Below are positions 59,987-64,000 of a stretch of DNA of 64,000 nt, piece after piece. Every line of letters begins with the position of its first letter. Positions within the stretch are counted from its first letter, which is position 1. The stretch comes from Planctomycetota bacterium. Its GTDB lineage: Bacteria > Planctomycetota > Planctomycetia > Pirellulales > Pirellulaceae. The stretch covers positions 6,704-70,703 of the forward strand of contig JBKDPB010000206.1 of assembly GCA_046342615.1 (NCBI GenBank). Reading direction: 5' to 3'. The notes below the pieces were generated by a model. It ran no database searches. It worked only from the letters and a program-made list of their open reading frames with translations, and was not told where the DNA came from. A program made the translations under genes and the position numbers.

Positions 59987-60021
59987 AGAAGCGAACCTGC
60001 CAGGTTCGCTTCTTTCTTTTT
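59987..60021 (+). terminator. Intrinsic terminator
   Basis: AGAAGCGAACCTG-C-CAGGTTCGCTTCT inverted repeat followed by TTCTTTTT, between convergent genes. Confidence 0.8.
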
Positions 60022-61174
60022 ACCGTTTGCTTTCTGTCTTCTTCGTCACTCCCGTGACTTCGCGGATCAAGTCGACCTCGTTCTGACGGTAAGGAGTCCC
60101 ATCGCGTCGAAAGATATCGTGAAACCACGTTTCCGGTTCTTTGCCGTAGGGGTTCTGCCAGCTATCCCAGGGGTAAATCGTCTGGCTCTTGCCGTCGACG
60201 AACCCCCAGTTGTGGGCCCCTACATTTTCTTCCCGCAGGATGCGAAGATTGGGATCGAAGAAGCTTTTGTTTCCTCGAGCCATGTATTCCGTGCACACGA
60301 TCGGTCGCTGGTAGCGGCGAAGCGATGTAATTGCTCGCTTTAAACTTTCGCCATCGCCATAGTTATGGAAGGTGATGATGTCCGATTGCTCGAGACAGAG
60401 TTTTTCCATGGGACTGAGTTTGGACTCGTCTTCCCAGTGTCCAATCCAAACGCCGCAAGTCAGTGGCTGGGAGGGCTGAACTTCGCGGGCCCATTCAAAG
60501 CACTTCCGGGCGAACAGCAATCCCATTTCAGCCTTGTTGGGAAGCTCCGTCTTGGTCCCGTTTCGCCCGTAGGAATTGGCGTTGTCGTTGTCCAATTCGT
60601 TGACGAGGTCCCAGGCCTGGATTCTTGGATCGTCTTTGAATCGTCGGATGAGCCCTTGCAGGTACGGCTTCATCAGCAAATGTTTTGCGGGGTCGCCGAG
60701 AATCGCCGCGCCTGGGGATTGGACCCAACCGCTGTTGTGGACTCCGGGTTTCGGATCTCGCTGCTTGCCACCCTTGGGTTGAGGATCCCATACCGAGTCG
60801 AACGGCACGAAGACGACTCCAATCTTGTGCTTGTCGCATATGGCGAGGAACTGATCCACGCGGTCGGTCAAGTCTTTGCCGTCGCCGCTCCACAGTTGAT
60901 CGTGCAGGAAGACTCGCATGGAATTGAATCCGAGGCTTGCCGCCCACGACATTTCCAAGTCGATCCGAACGGGATCGTAACTGCCGATCTGCCACATCTC
61001 GAGCTGGTTGATCGCGTAGGCAGGGATGTAGTTGGCACCCACGAGCCATCCGTGTTTGGCCTGCCATGCCTGGGCTTGCTCGGGTGTCCATCGTTGCTGG
61101 GCCGACGACGGAGTCGCTAGAGATGCGGTGAGGAAATTTGCAACGAGCAAGGCGATGCAAAGTCGGCTATTCAT
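60020..61174 (-). CDS. Glycoside hydrolase, clan A (GH5-like)
   Basis: GANYIP..AINQLEMWQ, WDLVNE (acid/base), CTEYMAR (nucleophile), signal peptide. Confidence 0.85.
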   Translation of the reverse strand: MNSRLCIALLVANFLTASLATPSSAQQRWTPEQAQAWQAKHGWLVGANYIPAYAINQLEMWQIGSYDPVRIDLEMSWAASLGFNSMRVFLHDQLWSGDGKDLTDRVDQFLAICDKHKIGVVFVPFDSVWDPQPKGGKQRDPKPGVHNSGWVQSPGAAILGDPAKHLLMKPYLQGLIRRFKDDPRIQAWDLVNELDNDNANSYGRNGTKTELPNKAEMGLLFARKCFEWAREVQPSQPLTCGVWIGHWEDESKLSPMEKLCLEQSDIITFHNYGDGESLKRAITSLRRYQRPIVCTEYMARGNKSFFDPNLRILREENVGAHNWGFVDGKSQTIYPWDSWQNPYGKEPETWFHDIFRRDGTPYRQNEVDLIREVTGVTKKTESKR

Positions 61175-61290
61175 GGCGGAGGCTCTCCATGGGTGGGACG
61201 GGTTCAGCTTCTTGGGGCACGAGTTTCACCCAAGATGCGGCGCCTGGCGAACTGGCGTTAAAGTTTACCAAATGCGTAGCGGGTCATCGC

Positions 61291-62397
61291 TCAGCGCGAG
61301 CCTGCGCCGGGGTTCTTGATGGAGTCGAGATCAGGCAGCTTGCGACCCTGGACTTGGTAGACGTATTTGAGCACTTCTGCAACAGCTGCGTATTCGTTCG
61401 CCGGGATCGGCTTGCCGATATCGACGTCTCGGAAGAGAGCCTGGGCCAACGGTTTGCGTTCGACGATTGGGATCCCGTGCTCCAGCGCGATCTTACGTAT
61501 TCGAGCCGCGACCAAATCCGCCCCTTTGGCAAGTACGATGGGAGCTTTCATGGTCAGCGGATCGTACTGGAGCGCCACCGCTAACTCGGTAGGATTCGTG
61601 ATGACCACGTCGGCTTTTGGGACGTCTGTCTGGAGACGCTGGTTGGCAAGTTCGCGTTGGACGCGTCGCCTTCGAGCCTTGGTCTGGGGATCCCCCTGCG
61701 TCATCTTGAACTCTTCCCGAAGCTCTTCATCGGTCATCCGGAGATCTTGTTCATATTTCCAACGCTGGAATGCGTAATCGACAATCGCCAGCAGCAGGAG
61801 GCCAATCGCGACATTGCGACACAAATCGATGAGTGTTTGCCAGACGTATCTCGAGGCCGTTTCCAATGTCGCTCCCCCGAGCGACAGGATCGCATCCCAC
61901 CGCGACCACACACCGATCACCAGCAATCCGACAACCAGACCGATCTTGATCAAGCCGAACCCTAATCGCGATGCATTGAGGATGGAGAAAATCCTCTGCA
62001 ATCCGCTAAGAGGATTGATGCGTTGCAGGTCCGGTGCGAGTTTGTCCGGCAGCCAAAGCGGTCCCACTTGGACGAAGTGGATGATCAGTGAAGTGAGGAA
62101 CACGCCTGCCAAGAGAGGAGCCAGCGCCAACGAACTGCGGGCGGTCGCCATCAGCAATCGCGTCAGCCACGTGCGGGAATCGGTCGCCCACTCAAACGAG
62201 CCTCCCAACTGATCCCGCAGAACCAGCGACAAGGCCTCGATCATGCTCGGGCCAGTGACGTCGAGCAGAACCACTCCCACCAGGAGCAGGGTTGCGGAAC
62301 CCAGGTCCGCGCTTCGAACGACGTTCCCTTCCTCGCGAGCTTTGCGGCGACGGTATTCCGTCGCCTCATGTTTCTTGTCCCCCGCCGAATCAGCCAT
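61291..62397 (-). CDS. flhB: Flagellar export protein FlhB
   Basis: RRRKAREEG, RINPLSG, GDPQTK, VVITNPTELAVAL, AKGAD, PLAQAL. Confidence 0.95.
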   Translation of the reverse strand: MADSAGDKKHEATEYRRRKAREEGNVVRSADLGSATLLLVGVVLLDVTGPSMIEALSLVLRDQLGGSFEWATDSRTWLTRLLMATARSSLALAPLLAGVFLTSLIIHFVQVGPLWLPDKLAPDLQRINPLSGLQRIFSILNASRLGFGLIKIGLVVGLLVIGVWSRWDAILSLGGATLETASRYVWQTLIDLCRNVAIGLLLLAIVDYAFQRWKYEQDLRMTDEELREEFKMTQGDPQTKARRRRVQRELANQRLQTDVPKADVVITNPTELAVALQYDPLTMKAPIVLAKGADLVAARIRKIALEHGIPIVERKPLAQALFRDVDIGKPIPANEYAAVAEVLKYVYQVQGRKLPDLDSIKNPGAGSR

Positions 62398-63235
62398 CGT
62401 CGGATTCCCGACTTAGGTCGCCGCGGACCGATACGCTCTGAGGCAACACATCCAACGTGCGATCGACCCAATCGATCAGCTCGTTCTGAAAAATCCAACT
62501 CGCGCTCGACAGCGTCAGTCCCAAGACGATCAGCATTGCGGTCACGTTGATATTGAAGCCAACCACCAGGATATTGAGCTGAGGAAGAGTTCGGGCGATC
62601 AATGCGGTTACGAAGTTCGCCAGCAGCAAGGCAATCGCCGCCGGGGCCGAGGCTCGAATACCGATCGCCAGGGAAAGGCCTACCAACTCATGGACGTGAA
62701 CCAGCCAATTTTTCTCTGCCAGCACGCGCCCCGCTTCGTAGTACGAGAAACTGTCCAAGCATGCACCGATCATGATCCGATGCCCACCCAGAGCGACGAA
62801 CAATGCCATCGCGACCAACGACATCATCTGGCTGAGCACCGATACGGTTTCCTGAGTCGAAGGGTCCGCCGCTGTCGCTAAATCCATACTGCTCAAGGAA
62901 CTGATAACTTGGCTGCCGACTTGCAAACAGGTGATCACCATCATCACGGAGGTGCCGTACATCAATCCGAGCAGCAGTTCCTTCGCCAGGGCGATGACGG
63001 CGTCGAGCAAATGCGATGGCAGTTCCGCAGCGACGGATCCGATCATCGGAGTGATCGATGCCGATATCATCAACGCCAAGAGGACTTTCACCCGATTGGG
63101 GACCAGCGAACCTTGCACCGGGGGCATCATCGCCAAAATCGGCCCGAGACGGCTCAGTGCACACAAGAAGACCCAAACCGGCCCCATCAGAGCGGTTCCG
63201 AGCAAGTCGTTCGCCAAACTTCCAGAAGTGTTCAT
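62390..63235 (-). CDS. fliR: Flagellar export protein FliR
   Basis: Polytopic, LGGH and ARTLPQLNILVVGF motifs. Lies between fliQ and flhB. Confidence 0.92.
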   Translation of the reverse strand: MNTSGSLANDLLGTALMGPVWVFLCALSRLGPILAMMPPVQGSLVPNRVKVLLALMISASITPMIGSVAAELPSHLLDAVIALAKELLLGLMYGTSVMMVITCLQVGSQVISSLSSMDLATAADPSTQETVSVLSQMMSLVAMALFVALGGHRIMIGACLDSFSYYEAGRVLAEKNWLVHVHELVGLSLAIGIRASAPAAIALLLANFVTALIARTLPQLNILVVGFNINVTAMLIVLGLTLSSASWIFQNELIDWVDRTLDVLPQSVSVRGDLSRESDDG

Positions 63236-63263
63236 GGGGCGACCGATCGGCCTTGTCGAGTCG

Positions 63264-63539
63264 CTACTTCGGCATGACATTGGCAGGGATATCACGGATC
63301 AAATTCCGCGAATACTCCAGCAGCTGATCGGTCATCCAGGGAAGCGCGATCATGATAGCAATGGTCATCGCAACCAGCTTGGGAACCGTGCTGACGGTTT
63401 GGTCTTGGATCTGGGTCAAGGCTTGAACCAGCCCGACAAACAATCCCACCAGCATCCCGATCACCAACACCGGCGCTCCGAGCACCAGCGACATCACGAT
63501 CGCATTGCGAACCAAATCGACAGCATCCTGCGAGGTCAT
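63264..63539 (-). CDS. fliQ: Flagellar export protein FliQ
   Basis: GLVQALTQIQDQTVSTVPKL. Confidence 0.95.
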   Translation of the reverse strand: MTSQDAVDLVRNAIVMSLVLGAPVLVIGMLVGLFVGLVQALTQIQDQTVSTVPKLVAMTIAIMIALPWMTDQLLEYSRNLIRDIPANVMPK

Positions 63540-63562
63540 ATCTATCCCTTTCACGCGCAAAG

Positions 63563-64000
63563 TTATCCGCTGTAGGTGCCGAAGCTGTCCAACAGCATCT
63601 GCACCACCAATCGCCAACCATCCACGAGTACGAAAAGCAGCAGCTTGAACGGCATCGAAATCATCGCCGGAGGCAACATCATCATCCCCATCGAAACCGT
63701 AACCGAGGCGATCACGATGTCGAGAATCAGAAAAGGAAGATAGATCTGGAACCCCATCATAAACGCGGTCTTCAATTCGCTCAGCATGTACGCAGGCAAG
63801 AGGACCTGCAACGGGACCTCGTCAAAGTTCTTGGGCTCAGGGCTGCCGGGCGCATAACGGCTGTAGAACAAATGGACATCGTCGTAATTGCTGGCCATCG
63901 CGATCTGCCGCGACATGAACCGCCGCACCGGCGCGATGCCGTTGTCCCAAGCCTGTGAAGCGCTCATCTGACTCCCCTCGGCCGTGTAGGGCTCGATCGC
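63563..64000 (-). CDS. fliP: Flagellar export protein FliP (5' part outside the window)
   Basis: PAYMLSELKTAF, YLPFLILD, GMMMLPP, PFKLLLFVLVDGW. Confidence 0.95.
   Translation of the reverse strand, partial: AIEPYTAEGSQMSASQAWDNGIAPVRRFMSRQIAMASNYDDVHLFYSRYAPGSPEPKNFDEVPLQVLLPAYMLSELKTAFMMGFQIYLPFLILDIVIASVTVSMGMMMLPPAMISMPFKLLLFVLVDGWRLVVQMLLDSFGTYSG

Overview
GC-rich bacterial chromosome segment with Planctomycetota (Pirellulaceae-like) hallmarks: a PSCyt/PSD1 plus DUF1501 pair, a DUF1559 prepilin-like gene, a sulfatase, a PQQ-like propeller and a dockerin-like fusion. It carries about 42 protein genes, including ispG, proB, dgt, ggt, hemP, an RND pump and fliP-fliQ-fliR-flhB. I recognised no rRNA, tRNA, CRISPR array or transposase. 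The standout is a ~13 kb, 11-gene minus-strand cluster (13629-26624), largely translationally coupled: exported NTF2-fold protein, four tandem B12-binding radical SAM paralogs, two GNAT-like proteins, a GH3 acyl-adenylating enzyme, a membrane fatty-acid desaturase, and BtaA/BtaB betaine-lipid homologs. I infer an undescribed pathway for a heavily modified lipid or acylated metabolite. Other points of interest are a ~100-nt long hairpin (ncRNA candidate), a cluster of REP-like palindromes, a dockerin-peroxiredoxin fusion, and a Fur-like palindrome between hemP and a DUF1559 gene. All family assignments come from motifs read by eye; no database search was run.
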